This document shows, piece by piece, positions 49,138 through 63,200 of a stretch of DNA of 64,000 nt. Made by a program: the position numbers and the translations under genes. Location of the stretch: positions 40,176,001 through 40,240,000 of the forward strand of contig CM060733.1 in NCBI GenBank assembly GCA_030704615.1, in the 5' to 3' direction. Below the pieces are notes generated by a model, which saw nothing but the letters and a program-made list of their open reading frames with translations, searched no databases and was not told the origin of the DNA. The DNA is from Takakia lepidozioides. Its lineage: Eukaryota > Plantae > Bryophyta. The first letter of the stretch is position 1. Every line of letters begins with the position of its first letter.

Positions 49138-50863
49138 ATGGCAGCCACGTTCTCGATGGCCGCCTTGCACACGGCGTTGCCGTCTGTGGGAGAAGAGAGG
49201 AGCTCCTTCAGAGCATCTTGCAATGCATCTTCTGGGCGCTCCGGCAGGATTATAGCGGAGGGACATACCCTGCAAGGCTTCTCTGGATTACGCACAGAGA
49301 ACCCACTGCAACTGCGGGCAGGTTAGGGTTTAATCATGTGTCTCTTTCACGGTGTTTCTTTATATCTCCTTTTCGAGTGTGCAGCTTTGCATTGGAGTTG
49401 TAGTAGAGTCAATGTTTGAGTATAAAATGTGAAGAAAGTGAGCATCTTATTTAATCTTCTGCAAATGTTGATGTTTTCTGTTGTGCAAGAGGCATGGTCA
49501 AGAATTCATCTTTAGAATGGGACAAATGTGTCGCCAATCCAATTTTGAGCATGTCCTTTTGTTGGTTTTCAGAGTCCTCATGCGGCGATTTCCATGCAAT
49601 CGTAGTCCAATCTTTATCCGTCTCCAGCACCCCCAGCAAAGGGGTGGTCTCGATGGGCCCTTTAGAGGCAGGTATTGGGCTCATGGGCACCAAAATGGGA
49701 ATGCTGACCTACTTTTTGCCGAGTGGCCAGGCCATTCCCTGCACAGTGGTGGGATTCCATGAGGGGAATATTGTGACCCAAGTGAAAACAGAAGCCACAG
49801 ACGGGTACACAGCAGTGCAAGTGGGTTACCGAAGAGTAAGGGACAGGAAGCTGACCAAGCCAGAGATGGGCCACCTAGAGAAGGTGGGTGCCATCCCCAT
49901 GAGGCATTTGCAAGAATTCAGGCTGACTGCAGTGGATGGCTTTGAACCGAACCAGCGGCTGCAGCTGGAGGACTTGTTCAAAGACGGCGACCTTGTGGAT
50001 GTGACTGGCAAAAGCATTGGCAAGGGATTTGCTGGTATGTCTGCCTGTGTAACCCATTCTCTATGCAAGTGTCCAGGTCCCAATTATACATCCAACATGG
50101 CTTTTCGTTTTTGTGTAGTCACACCCTTTTGTGACAATTTGAGTTGTTATGCAAACTTCAGGGCAGAGATGTGCTCATTCTGCTCGTCTTTCTGAGTGGA
50201 GACCTCCAGGGTCAGAGTGGATGGAGCAGAAAAGGGCGGATAGTGCAAGGAGTGGAAAAGAATGGGGAGTAGGAAATGATGGTCTTGTCTTTCGTAGGCA
50301 GGTGTTGAGACATACAAAGGAACAGATAGGCAGTGGGTTTTGAAAACAACCCACCTTAGTAGCACCTGTGCTGCTGTTCCAAGGCGAGTAATTGTGTTTT
50401 AATTTTGCCAATTTCATCATGCCACAGACATGTTAAGAATAAAGTCCCAAAGACTGAATGAGGGTCCTTTTTTGTGAAAGAAGTGTGTAGATTATGCTGC
50501 AGGTTTGAACTTGTCATTTTCAGTTGTGAAGAGATGTGGCAAGCAGTGATAATGGGGTATGTTGGGATGTCAGGTGGCATAAAGAGATGGAACTTCGCTA
50601 GGGGACCAATGTCCCATGGGTCCAAGAGCCATAGGCAGCTAGGATCCATCGGTGCAGGGACCACACCGGGGCGCGTGTATCCAGGGAAGAAGATGCCTGG
50701 GCGGCTTGGTGGGGGACGCACTAAGGTCCGCAAGCTCGAGGTGGTGAAGGTGGACACCGAGCTTCGCGCTCTCTTAATCAAAGGTGCCCTTCCTGGGAAG
50801 CCGGGCAATCTGTTACGCATCACCCCAGCCAAGATCGTTGGTAAAAACATTCCAAAGAGCTAG
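49138..50863 (+). CDS. RPL3: Plastid 50S ribosomal protein L3 (uL3c), 3 exons: 49138-49321, 49573-50034, 50574-50863
   Basis: Transit-peptide-like N-terminus, [26 protein letters not shown]|[39 protein letters not shown] introns in phase. Confidence 0.93.
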
Positions 50864-51957
50864 TTTTACCTGCTTATGGAGACTTCGGCTCTGTGGATTT
50901 ACCCCGGGCAGGGCTTTCATTCTGCCATGTAAGTGAGACTTGTGCAGTCGATTACCAAACAAAGTTGCATGACAAAGGGACATCTAGACTGTTTTCTATT
51001 GAGTCGAGGACTAAAAAGACTTGCATCTGAAGTTGCTCAATCTGTATCACAGATCTTTGCAGTATTAATTTGCACTTGTAGTCTAATGTGCCCATCATTT
51101 GGATTAGATAGATCAATCTATCTTGAAAAATTTGAAGAAAGATGTAACTGTTGATTGGAAAAAGCATGTTATGCTCTGGAGAGCTGATTTTGACAAGTAC
51201 ATGCTGCTAGGCCCAATTGGGATGTGACACTTTCCTCAGTTACACTATGATCGTGATGATACTCATCACTCTGCGGGAAGTTCCCTTTTCCTGCTCTGGC
51301 TTCATGTAAACACCCCATCTGTGGCCTTTTGTGGATCGCACACTGGCAGTAAGGTACCAGAGGGCATGATACTGTCCAATGTTTAGTCCTGTTTGGGTAT
51401 TGTTGCAAGCAGTAGCGCCTGTGCGCCTGTGATCCAAGCAAGAGTTGCAGCCAGCAGCAGCCAAGGGTGATGGATGAGGCTGAGCATGAGACTGGGTAGA
51501 GACTAGAGACCCACATGCCTGGAGCAGGGCTATGTACCAGAAAATTCACCAAAAATTGAGGTCATGGAGAGTTCTTACCTCAACCCTACTTCAACAGAGG
51601 TATGGTCACCATGACAAAGCAAGGGCACTGCTGGTGTAACATTACAACTCTTTAATTCAGATAGGATTTAATTCCGGGTAATGAGGAGTCCCTCCTCTTC
51701 TTCAGAAATACCTTGACAAACTATAAGGAAGAGATCTACTAAGCCTCTGGACACACTTGTTCGAGGATTAACGACTACTGGAAACAAACTCATCATTTAA
51801 CTTATGATCCACACAACACAACATTGGATAGCCTCAACTGCGTGATGAGAGAACTTGCTTAGTGCACTTCCGTGCATATTGCAATCCCCATGGACAGAAA
51901 CATGCAGCTCAAAACTGGTCAGAACAATAATGTCAGGAGCCATGAAATCTCTATGTA

Positions 51958-53136
51958 CTACGCAGCAGCAACAGCAATGCGGCCAGCCACCTGGTCCAAA
52001 TCCCGCTGCCCATTGGAGGTGATCCTTCTCCCTCTGTCATTCAAAACATTCCAAGAAGCATCATGTTCCTTCTTCCTTGGTAATGTGGTCGACCATTGTA
52101 GATATAACTAAGCCAACCACAACTTCACAACCTCGCAGGAGTGAAGGTAAACTGAAAGTCCCCACAAATAAATAAAAACTGAGTATGGTTCACATACCTG
52201 ATGTACACTCTTGCTCCACTAGCAGTTATTTGCTAAAGGATGAAACATGAACTTCAATACAAAATTTACAGACCAACACTCACCCCTTGGGATCTTTCTC
52301 AATGATGTCAATGGTTTGAAGCTGCTTCAGACAGTCTCTGGCAATGGAACCACTACTCTTTGCAAAGTGCGAAGGTCTGACCCCGTTGCTCTTGCGTCCT
52401 CCATAAATTTTGCGGAAAGCACCAACTCCAATTCCCTGCCTCAAGTAGATTTTCCTTGCCATGGATGCTTCACAGCACAAAAACCACAAACAGCTAAGTC
52501 CATGTCCTCTGAGAATGCAAAGCACAGGGATCCTAACTTTCTTACTTCAAAACCCCTTCCTACTGCTCAAGGGATGAAGTGTCCCGAAATTCAGGAGATG
52601 CTCCGAAAGATCTGTGTGTCCTCCCGCAAGCAATCGTTGCCAGCAAGATGCCACAAGGGGCAATGGTGGAGGGCATGTAGTGGCGTTGAAGGAGGTATGG
52701 CCATGAGCATGCCGTGTCTAGGATAAACTGAGCCTGTTCGCATGCCCTCTGCTGCAGGGTACCAAACCTGTAGTACCATTACCAACAGACAAAAGCAAAA
52801 ATTGCGAACGCACCAGCTCTGATGTAGTACCAATCGCCATCATAAGGAGCCAGCTCCTTAAAAGTTGCTGTCTTGACAAGATCTGCCCACGTTGGGACCT
52901 CAATCTGTGCATGCAATGAGAAGTAAAACGCTTTCGTGAGAATCTCCGCAGACCCATCAAACCTCCTTCGAACATGAGAAGCCAACTGCCACTGCAAAAA
53001 AAAATCCCGATGATTTCCTATCCCAATATAATTTTCCAGAGCCACCCACCTTGCCAGAACGCTTCAGATGCGCTGCGTAAGCTCGCACAAACTCGTGTGA
53101 AGGCACATCCTTCACAGTCTTCGCTGTCCCCGCCAT
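51958..53136 (-). CDS. RPS19: Cytosolic 40S ribosomal protein S19 (eS19), 4 exons: 53136-53050, 52904-52814, 52467-52284, 52033-51958
   Basis: [29 protein letters not shown]|[30 protein letters not shown]|[16 protein letters not shown]...|[19 protein letters not shown]. Canonical splice sites. Confidence 0.95.
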
Positions 53137-53976
53137 GGCCACTTGCGAGCAACAGAAGAAGGCACAGGCTCCGTGACGCCGTCAAGCCCTCGCTCTTTCT
53201 CCACACTACGCTCTGAGAAGGAAAGCCCTCAACCCTAAACCTAATTTCAAAGTTAAGATAGATGAAATGTGGATGGATTTCACCATACCACAGTTTTATG
53301 AATAATAATTGGGTAGGTTCAGATACAGACTTGCAATATGAAAATCTTCTATCTTCAGTCTTCAGTCTTAGGTCTTCAAGGGTGGATCCATTCTGTGGCT
53401 GGCTGGCTGGCTTGTTGTATATTACATTGCTTGGTGTGATTCACATGTGACCCACATTTTCCTTTGTAGAGCAAGTTTTTCTGTGCTTTGTTACACAAGA
53501 AGTACTTAGGAGAAAAATCAAGTAGCTTTATCTATGAAATTCAATGTCACGGGCCTTTCCCAACAGTGATGGCACATTTGATGTATTGTGCTTTGCACTG
53601 ATTACTTCTGGACACATTGTTCACTCCTTTCCGATGATTCTAGGTTGAGCAGCTATTTGCGATGAACTGGAGGAAAGAGGAGAACACTAAGCAGTTCAGA
53701 AAGTGTGCTCTTGGATTAACAGCTACACATGATAGGAATGAACTGACCCCACACTAAGGTGAGGAAGTGGGAGAGGTAGAAGATCAAAAACTCAAATTTT
53801 CAATATCTGCAGTATGATGGTTCCCAATTATGCATGACAGATGACAAATTGTTGAGAACCTGAATTAAGTGGAGTGCAATCCTAAAATGTGCATTTGATG
53901 AAATATTTGGGCCAAAAATTGCACCGTAGGTGCAATCTCCACATTTTGTACAACAGAAGTCAAGAGGGAGTTCTGC

Positions 53977-56900
53977 TCAGGCTCCCCGGAGCCGAGAAAA
54001 TGGCATGCTTTTATCAAGTGCTGCTCCTTTGTCGGCAAAAGATTGAATGCGTGCAGAGAGATCACCAGCCTGCCACACAATAGACCAGCCACATTCTCAT
54101 GAGGTTCATTCAAGGATTGGGGACCTTGTCCATGTCTCGTCTTTCGTTCTGATGGCCCCCAAAATGCCTTACACATTGCCAATGACAACATTCTTCTCCT
54201 TCCAAAGGGTTATGTTAGCAGTCCTGGAAAAGCATTGTTTTTGTACTATGACACAATCCAAGTCTCTACCCCCTCTACAGCCCTGTGACTGACTTTCGTT
54301 GGTTTGTTCACGAGTGCCTTGATCTTCCAGGTTGTGCTGGGTGGGTTAACAACCGCAGAAATGGCTTTAGGTTAGTATCCTCAGAGACTACTCTATAAGC
54401 ATATCTCAAAGTCTGTTGATAGGAATGTAGCCTGAAGTGCTAATTTTCTCTTGTATCCTAGTGACATCTCACAGAACGACATCGCCTCTCCTTGAGATGC
54501 CCCATTTCAATAACGAATTTGATTTACAGCTGTACCACTAGGCCTTCTGCTGGAGGGCTCATCAGTAACAGCCGATTACTTATTGAAAGGTATGCGCATG
54601 CACAAAACCATCCAGTGGAAGGTCCTGAGTCCTGACCGACAGCTGCCCATCATGCATGCATTTGCACTTTGGGACCAGCCCATGGATGAGCTGACTGACT
54701 ACAGACGAGGGCCGACAACCTGGGCCTTGGCGCTCACAGCAATATGCTCACGTCACTGACAACAGGCATTTGAAGTGAGGCAAATCCTCCTATGACACCA
54801 CCATTCACTTGCATTGACTCTTCCACTTGCTACAAAGGGTCACTCACAGTTTTGAAGCAGCTCATAGCTAATGACACATCATCCACTATAAAGGCTTTAA
54901 CAGCTACAGACTTGACATTGTCAGACGTATCTGAGTAGTTCTATCTCTGGTTGTCAAAAGGCCTTGAGGCTAGAACATATATGGAATCTCTTCTGAGCAC
55001 ATCCTCCCTCCCCTCACAACCATCTAAGCCCATCGAATGTCCAAGTTCAACTTGCCAGTAGTGTGCATAATCGTTCGTGCTAACAAAAGGACATTGACAA
55101 GCCTGTGAGCCCTACCTTTTCATCAATCCAAAGAAGTGAAGTTAACTGATTGTTGAGAATGCGGACCACCAAATCCAAAGGACTTGCTCCATCAGCCATT
55201 TCCAAGTCTCCTCCCTGAAAAATAATCCATTTCTTAGCAGCAATGAACATTTTCAAAATGATGTTTGTAAGCGTATTACATATCATGCTATTTTATCTTC
55301 TCCTGCTCTCAGATCCAAAGTGCCTTGCCTCCTACGAAACACTCACTGCCTGTGGTCCTTTGAGCCTCCCACACATGATTATCTTGCTTTCTCTCTCAGT
55401 AGGGTCTACGCTGTGACTGTCTTTCTTTCTCTCATGCACCCTGCCATCAGGCAGACCCCAAAATGGACTTCTAGCCATGCAGTCTCTGCCCTCAGGCCAC
55501 CTTTGAGTTCCTTTCGTCCTTTGGCCTCCTGCAGGCATAATAAATTTCTTTCTCTGTCTCTCGCGCTTTCAGTAGGGTCTCTCCTCTGGATGCCATATCT
55601 TTCTCTGCAGTCAGACATGCCCTAAAACGGCCTACTAGGCATGCGACCTCTGCTTGCCCAAGAATGATAGCCAAAGTAGCCACATTAAACAGCAGATCTC
55701 GAGACAGTTGATAGCCAGCAGTTACAACTGGCCCAAGATTTTCGAAAAATGTGGAGGGACAGGCAAATGTGGCAGCTACAACGTGCTGTGCTACCTATTG
55801 CTACACATTTGTGGGTCCAGTGTGAGAACTCGTCAATCATACCTGGGCTGCATTGATGTTTTGGATGGTCTCCTTGATTTGTTCTCCCATGCGCTCTACC
55901 TCTCTCTCCACAAATTCCGCTTGCTCAAACCTGCATGCGGTTGATAGATATTACTGACAGGCCCTGGTTGCTCCTCTGACAAGCTTTAGTTAAGGAATAT
56001 GGCATACAATTCACTTGTCTGGAGGCTTCCCCAGCCTGCAAATTGAACTCAGAAAAATAAGAGGATTGAAACTTTGCTATGCAACTACAAAAGCGAGGGA
56101 GATGCCAACAGGCTTACATCAGATCACGAGTGGCGGCCGCCTCATCTTCTAACAAAAGAGGCCTTTCATCTTTATAGAGCCTTTCTGCTTCCTCCTCCAT
56201 GCTTTCCAGAGATTTTTCAACCTGCCCAACACGGGAAAAACACACATGAGGTTCACAAGGAGAGGCACCAAGAATTTGATTCTTTCTGCTGCAGCAACCA
56301 TGTCATGACATTTAGATGGAGTTCAAAGACCACAGGCATTTACATTACCAACTAGACATGGCCAACAACCCACCTCTTGCTGGTGGGTCTCAATGAGCTC
56401 CAATTGTCGCTCAAGACTATGCTGGGATTCCACCACCTTTGCTACCTCACTCTGGCCCCCATCCATTTATTCAATACACATGTTAGACGTCTGAGAAGGA
56501 AAAAAACTTTCACTAAACAGTTGTCTTACTTTCCCCTATGGCTATCTGCAAAGTATGTTCCTTCGAGAGGTTGGGCATTTGTACCAACCTCTAGCTTGAT
56601 CAGCACATTTCGATTGGCAATGATGCGGCGGTCCCACTCGCCCAGAGCCTCGGCTTGCTTCCGAAACTTTGATGTGCGCTCTTGTAGCTCATGTGTCCAC
56701 TCCTTAATAATCTAAATGCACATGCAGAATTTCCCAGGTTTAGTGCCATGTATGTAAAGCAAAACCTCTTAACTAAAGGAAAATTACTATGTAAAGCAAA
56801 ACTCCTAACGTAAAGGAAAATTACTAGAGAGGAATTATTTTTCTCTCATCAGGAAACGCTGCATAAAGCATAAGAAAATGCAAGAACTGGGCCAGGCATG

Positions 56901-59396
56901 GTGATGGGAGAAACAGAGTTATCACAAAAATTACCTCCTCAACAGTCTTGCCCACAATTTCTGAGGGAGGTTTTGGTGTGCGTGCAGTTGCAGTTGTGAG
57001 GGCACCCGTCGTCCTGTGAAGAGGAAACCACACCACACCCATGTGATTGTGAGATAAACAGGTCCCACCTACACTATTTTATTTTCTCTTTGTCACTAAC
57101 TCTGGCTAAATTCAAGCTCATGCAATAAAAATCCCTTCAATACGGATTGTCATATAGGTGCATGGCGGCAAGGGGGCTGACTTTCAGACCCAAGTAAGTA
57201 GTACCGGCTCTTGGAAGACTAATTCTGAGCAGGAAAACATTTTATACAGACAACATTCACAAGGAACAGTCAAACAGAAGATACTCCGCCTCTCTCTCTT
57301 GGCTTTGTTCCTCTGTGAGTTTGTCTGTAACCATGTATGTCAATGCCTGTTCAGAACATAAGTTAGCAGTTTAAAGTGTTCCATCTTCCCATTGCTCTGC
57401 ATTTTCTCTGCCTGACATCATTGGCACCTTTTGCTCAGCTCTCTTTCTCTCTTCTCTCTGTTCTTTCAGAATTAGGTTCCAAACATATTGCCACGTGGGT
57501 ACTGCCAAGGGTGGCCACATCTCTTTCTTGTTCATCATCACATAGACTCTCACAAGTATACACTCTCCAGAAACTTAGTCCAAGAAAAGACATACCCAGC
57601 AGCAGAGGTAGCTGGTTTAGAGGCTGCAGCATTTATAGCAAGAGCCGTTGTAACTGATGTCACTCCTGAAGATGCAGCCGTGGCAGTATTGCCAAAATTG
57701 AACGGACCTCCCGGAGTAGCAGATGTCAATGACGGCATGGAAAACCCTACACCCAGGTGTCACAAGTAATCAGTTTAAACATTTATTCATAATTTTAACC
57801 TCTAGTGCTGGAGCTTATAAGTTCAGCCCTTGTGCGGTTAGCTATGATGAATCTTTAAGGTGAAATCCAGCACCATACTAAACCCCTGTTGAATCTCATG
57901 GATTTTTCAACTCAGATAGGAAGCCCACACAAGTTACCCAAACATGACATGACTTGCATTCCCTAAAGAAGAGAGTGAAACGACAGAACAACCACTAGTG
58001 GCGAGGCGCCAAGAAAGTACTCACCGACCATTGGAGCTGATGTGGAGACCGTGATGGCTGAGGTAGATGCACTTGCTGAGGATGCTGGTGATGCAAAAGG
58101 AAAACCACTGGTGCTTGCTGGGGCCGAAGCCCCTGCCGCGGTGAGAGCAGAAGCTGAGGAAAAAATTGAAGATGGGGCCGTGGTAGTGGTGCTAGTAGCA
58201 GGAGTACTGGCAAGAGAGAACGAGGGAATGGCTGATGACATACTGAACATCGAAGTGGTAGAGGCAGGGGTTGATGCAGGAGTGGACAAAGATGCAAATG
58301 AAGAGCTAAAAAGTGGGGAGGCAGAGGTTCCCCCTCCAAAAGCTGGGCTGAGAGAGCTAGTAGCTGGGGCAGAGGACCCAGCAGGTGTACTTTGAGAACC
58401 GAAAGAAAACCCTGAAAAAGAAGGTGCCCCCGAAGAAGACAGAGCAGAGGAAGATGGCGCTGTGTGGGCCCCAAATCCAAATGCTGGGGCGGGGCTAGAA
58501 CTGCCCCCAAACGAAAACCCTGTTGAAGGAGCCGCTCCAGATGCGGCGGTGCTAATTGCAGCAGGGGCCATGGGGGTAGAAGCAGAGATAGAAAAGGGAG
58601 AGGAGGAAGCAAAAGAGGCAGCAGTGGTAGAACTGGACGAACTTCCAAACAGAGGGGAGGGAGAAGACGAAAACCCGAAAGAGGGCGTTGAGGGCTTATT
58701 ACTTCCAAAGAGGCCCCCTGCGCCAAAGCCTAATGCTGGCGCTGAGGTGGGAGTGCTAGTCTGACCTCCCAACAGCGGCTGAGAGACAGCTGGGGACGAG
58801 GCTGGCTTCGCACCAAATCCTATTGCAGAACTCCCAAAACTGGTGCTAAATCCAAATGAGGAGGACTGGAAGGGTGACGAGCTCGGGGCCTGGAAAGACG
58901 AAGAGGATCCCGTAGTTGCAAGAGGAGAAGCGGCTTGGGAAGAGGGAGCTGCAAATATCGAAGGGGAGGGAGCAAAGAGAGTCTGGCTGGTACCGGAAGT
59001 CCCCCCGGTGGCACTGGCCTGTGCAAAAGAAAAAGGAGAGGGGGAGGAAGATGATGGAGTCCCCCCTCCTCCCCCAAAGAGGGACGGGGTGGTAGAAGTC
59101 ACACCAAATGGAGTGGTCCCTCCAAAAACAACACTCGGGTTACTCCCGAACGCCCCCGCTGTTGTATCAAAACCCTCCTGAGCGGGAGCTCCAAATGCTG
59201 ACCCTGTGGCTCCCCCGAAAGCCCCGAATCCAGGGGCAGCGGAACCAAACAGAGCCCCTGTCGAAGGTGCCACGCCCGCTGGTTGCGAAGAAGATGCAGA
59301 AGAAGGTGTTGATCCAAATGAACCCGTCGTCCCCGTCCCAAATGAAAAAGATGAAAATGAAGAGCTCGATGCTCCAAACCCTGTAAACCCTGACAT
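53977..59396 (-). CDS. NUP62: FG-nucleoporin NUP62/Nsp1 homologue, multi-exon
   Basis: Long FG/FSFG Ser-Ala-Thr-rich first exon. Nsp1_C-like exons PPSEIVGKTVEE, IIKEWTHELQERTSKFRKQAEALGEWDRRI, LERQLELIETHQQE and SPLDLVVRILNNQLTSLLWIDEK. Last exon AGDLSARIQSF...GA* at 54069-53977. Confidence 0.9.
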
Positions 59397-59969
59397 CGTG
59401 CTAGAAAAAACCGTTCAAGCCCAGGGAGCAGCAAAGAGCAAAACCCAAATTACGTTTTATGAGTTTGCAACTGCATAAAACGGGCAAGATGCTAGGGGCT
59501 TGTCAAAGACCTGCGTGAGCAGACTGCTACAAACCCAGAGACGTGCCAGAAGGTGCTATGAAAGCGAGAGTGAGGCATCAGATTCAACGGGCCTGCAAGA
59601 CGAGATAAATCCAATGACCGAGGCTACCCATGCAACGCTCAGCAAGAAAGGAAGACGAAGACGGAAGCGAGCGAACAAACAACCAAGCGAGGCAGCCTTC
59701 TCAGTTCCTCATTTTTCTCTCTCTCTTTTTTTTTTCTTTTTTTTTCCTTGTTAGAATCTCAACAATTTGAATCACAGTTATTTTATTTGAAGAAAAAAGC
59801 AAGTAAAAATAATCTTGCAATAGGACCATAGAGGCTGAACAGAGGGGACACTGCCCTGTAACCTGAAATGCAATGCATTAATCTCTTTTGCTCTTGGTTG
59901 TGCATTTTCTATGGGCTCTAGATGTCGCTTTGGCTATGCAATGAGAGTGTTCAACATTAGTATGAATGA

Positions 59970-60392
59970 GTGACCAAGATGTGGTGTCGTGATTTAATGC
60001 TATGATCGCGGGAGATACACAACACGGGTGTGAGATAGAGGCTTTGGAGCCTACGAACAAATGATGAGAAAAGAGATAAAGCCTTACTACATGTAAATCC
60101 TTACCTTTGTATGCATTTGCAATGCATGTGGTCCAACCTACAAGCCTTAGAAAAGGGCAAAGTAGCGTCACTAATGCTGAAATTGTACTATGTGTCATTT
60201 TGCCCTCATGGTGGACATATTGTATGATGTATCTCTAATGTGGGATCGTAACAGATGCAAAAGAAGTAATCAACAATATGGCTCACCAAGATGTCGTATT
60301 TGGAGAGCCAAGAACGTAGGATATCCACAACACTTATGTTGCATGGAGGCTTTGGAGCTATGAGCAAATGATGCGAAAAGAGGTAAAGCGTG
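59970..60392. repeat. Degenerate direct repeat, about 300-bp period
   Basis: ACCAAGATGT...GAGGCTTTGGAGC...CAAATGATG.GAAAAGAG.TAAAGC occurs twice. Confidence 0.6.
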
Positions 60393-61344
60393 CTCAACCA
60401 CGTCACATCACATTCGTTTGTATTTTCAATATGTATGCTTCAGCTGTTTATCTTTTTTATTTGTTCCTTGATCCAAATCTGATATCAAGTTATTTTACCA
60501 CTAGTGTGAAACTAGCTAGGAATAGCTAGCTTTTACATATTGACATTTGGGATTGGCCCAAGTGTCAATCCAGGGGTTAAGGCAGATTTAGGCCCTGGAG
60601 TGGTTATCTTCACGGCAAGCGCGGGAGGCTCATCTTTCTCGAGTTGAGCCTCACCGCGCCTAGCTATGGCGCCGTAGTGTGGATTCCCCATGACGTGGGG
60701 TGCACTTGGCTTGACTTGTATTTGAGTGATGAGGTTATATATGCATGAGTTTATGCTTCAGCTTTGTGAGCTCGCATGAGCTTGTGCTTGTATTCTTCTT
60801 CTTTATCACTCGAGAAAGATGAGCTCGTATCTGTGAGTGCTAGATATGAGTTAGTTGTAGCACTTGTGGTTTTTGCTTGAGAATGAGAGAAACCAGGTTG
60901 TTATGCAAGGAGCACCGTGGAGCTCTTGGTTGTTAGAAGCGGAGGCGATGTGGGTTACGAGGTGGTAGACCTTGGCATTCGATCTTCAGCTTCAGAGATG
61001 AAAGCACCATGCTGCAGGTTGCAAGACCAAGCGAAAGGGCTGATTTGGCTTGGGGCAAATCAGTGCACTTTGTGGAGTATGTTGAGATTGGGTTTCAATC
61101 TCGAGCTTCAGCATTGAGAGGGCTCTTGTCATGACAAGAGCAGGGCTGGAACAGGAGCTAAGAGGTGCGGCAAAGCCATGGAATGTACACCTAGGGTTTC
61201 AGAGCTTGGAAGAAGAGCTCTTGCACCACAAGATGAGTGTCTTGTGGCTGGAAATGTAAGCCTTAGGGTTTCAGGGCTTGGCAAGGGTTTGGAGTGCTTA
61301 GTCTTGTCTTAGAGAGCATCAAGGAGCTAAGGAGCCAAGATAGG

Positions 61345-61700
61345 GGGCTGATACCTCTTGTGTGAAGAGGTTGCATGTGTGGAGCATGTATTCAGCTCAT
61401 TGAAGCTTCCATCTTCAAGCTTGGAGGGCAAGCAAGGAAGAGGGAAGGGCTGACTTCCCTTATGTGAGAGCAATGCATGTGTGGAGCATGCTTTCGGCCT
61501 GTTGAAAGCTTGTACTTTCAGGTTTGGGAGTGCAAGAAAGGAAGGAAGGGGCTGGTTTCCCTGTAGGGCATGTGTGGAGCATGCTTCCAGCTCGCTGAAG
61601 CGTGTATTTTCGGGTTGGTGGGTGCAAGAAAGAAAGCAAAGGGGCTGATTCTCTGGTGGTGAGAGTGGGGCATGTGCGGAGCATGCCTTCAATCCATTGG
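61345..61700. repeat. Degenerate tandem repeats of about 100 bp with core GCATGTGTGGAGCATG (4 copies), probably TE-internal
   Basis: The core recurs at about 61373, 61475, 61568 and 61670. Confidence 0.65.
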
Positions 61701-62179
61701 GCTTTTGTTTTCAAGCTTTAGAGAACTAGAAGAGAAGGTAAGGGCTGATCTGCTCTTATGTGACAGTCCGACACTTGTAGCGTGTTCTGAGTTGGGGTTT
61801 CAACCTCAAGCCTAGATAGAGCATGGCTCTTGAAGTGGCAGGTGTAGAGGGCTGGAATAGGCTCTAAGATAGATGCTATGGCCAAGGGAAACGCTTGAAT
61901 GAGTGCTCACAAGGGCTGGAAACCAGCAAGGCTTGGTTGTTTGCCATTGAGTTTAGTGGCGTGTTTGGGGAGTCTAAGTGAGAAAGAAGGCTTGGTTTGT
62001 GGTAACTATCTTCCTCATGGCTTAGGGCTACTATTGGTGGTGTGGGAGCCGAAAGAGCAAGAATACCTTGCTGATTTCTTCACATCCGCCATAGCTCGGT
62101 GCAAAGAAGCCTAGAGTCCAAGAGACACAAACCCTAGCTTGGCGTGGCTAAACCCCTTGGAGAAATGGCTAAACTGTCA

Positions 62180-63200
62180 TGAGTGGCCTGTGGGGCTGTG
62201 ACGGGCTGTGACGGCTGCCCCTAGCCTTTGGGCTGTGAGGGCTGTGAGAGGCTGTGAGAGGCTGCCCATGCCTTTGGGGCTGTGATGGGCTGTGAGGGCT
62301 GTGACAGGTGCCTGAGGCCTTTGGGCTGTGAGGGCTGTGAGGGCTGTGAGGCCTGGGTTGTGATGGGCTGTGAGGGGCCTGTGACAGGCTGTGGGGCTGT
62401 GTGGGGGCTGGGGCTGTGACAGGCTGTGGCCTGTGGCCTGTGGCCTGTGGGGCTGTGAGGGGCTGTGGCGAGCTGTGACGGGCTGTGAGGGGCTGTGACA
62501 GGCTATGCCCAGTGGCCTTGGGGCTGTGACGGGATGTGCAGGGCTGTGACAGGCTGACTGTGGCCGGGCTATGGGGCTGTGACGGCTGTGCCCAGTGGCC
62601 TGTTGGGCTGTGAGGGCTGTGAGGGCTTGACGGCTGTGCCTAGTGGCCTGTGGGGCTGTGAGGGCTGTGAGGGCTTGACAGGCTGTGATAGGCTATGGCA
62701 GCTGTGACAGGCTGTGACAGGCTGTGATGCTGTGGCAGCTTGACAGGGTGGTGGGCTGTGGGGCTGGTGTTGTGTGGGCTGTGACTGTGAGGGGCTGTGA
62801 CAGGCTGTGCCCTGTGGCCTGGGGCTGTGACGGGCTGTGACAGGCTTGCGAGCTGTGACGGGATGTGAGGGGTTGTGACAGATGTGCCAAGTGGCCTGTG
62901 GGGCTGTGGGCCTTTGGGGCTGTGACCCTGTGACTGTGTCGGGTTGTGACAGGCTGTGCCATGTGGCCTATGGGCTGTGAGGGGTGTGATAGGCTGTGGC
63001 CTTTGGGGCTGTGACACCGTTGTAGGGTGACAGCTGTGCCTGTGGCCTTTGGGTTGTGATGGGCTGTGACAGGCTGTGACATGTGGCCTTTGGGGCTGTG
63101 ACAGGCTACGGCCTGTGGGGCTGTGACCCTGTACCTGTGAGGGCTGTGATAGGCTGTGGCCTGTGACCTGTGTGGCCTGTGCTGGTCTGTGGTGGCCCGT
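62180..63200. repeat. About 1-kb degenerate GGCTGTG(A) minisatellite
   Basis: Dense GGCTGTGA/GGCCTGTG reiterations. The same motif occurs in the LTR copies at 8550-8670 and 30785-30910. Confidence 0.9.

Noticed and set aside
57995-59478. Overlapping and antisense ORFs in NUP62 exon 1
   Set aside because: Shadow frames of a low-complexity FG-repeat exon.
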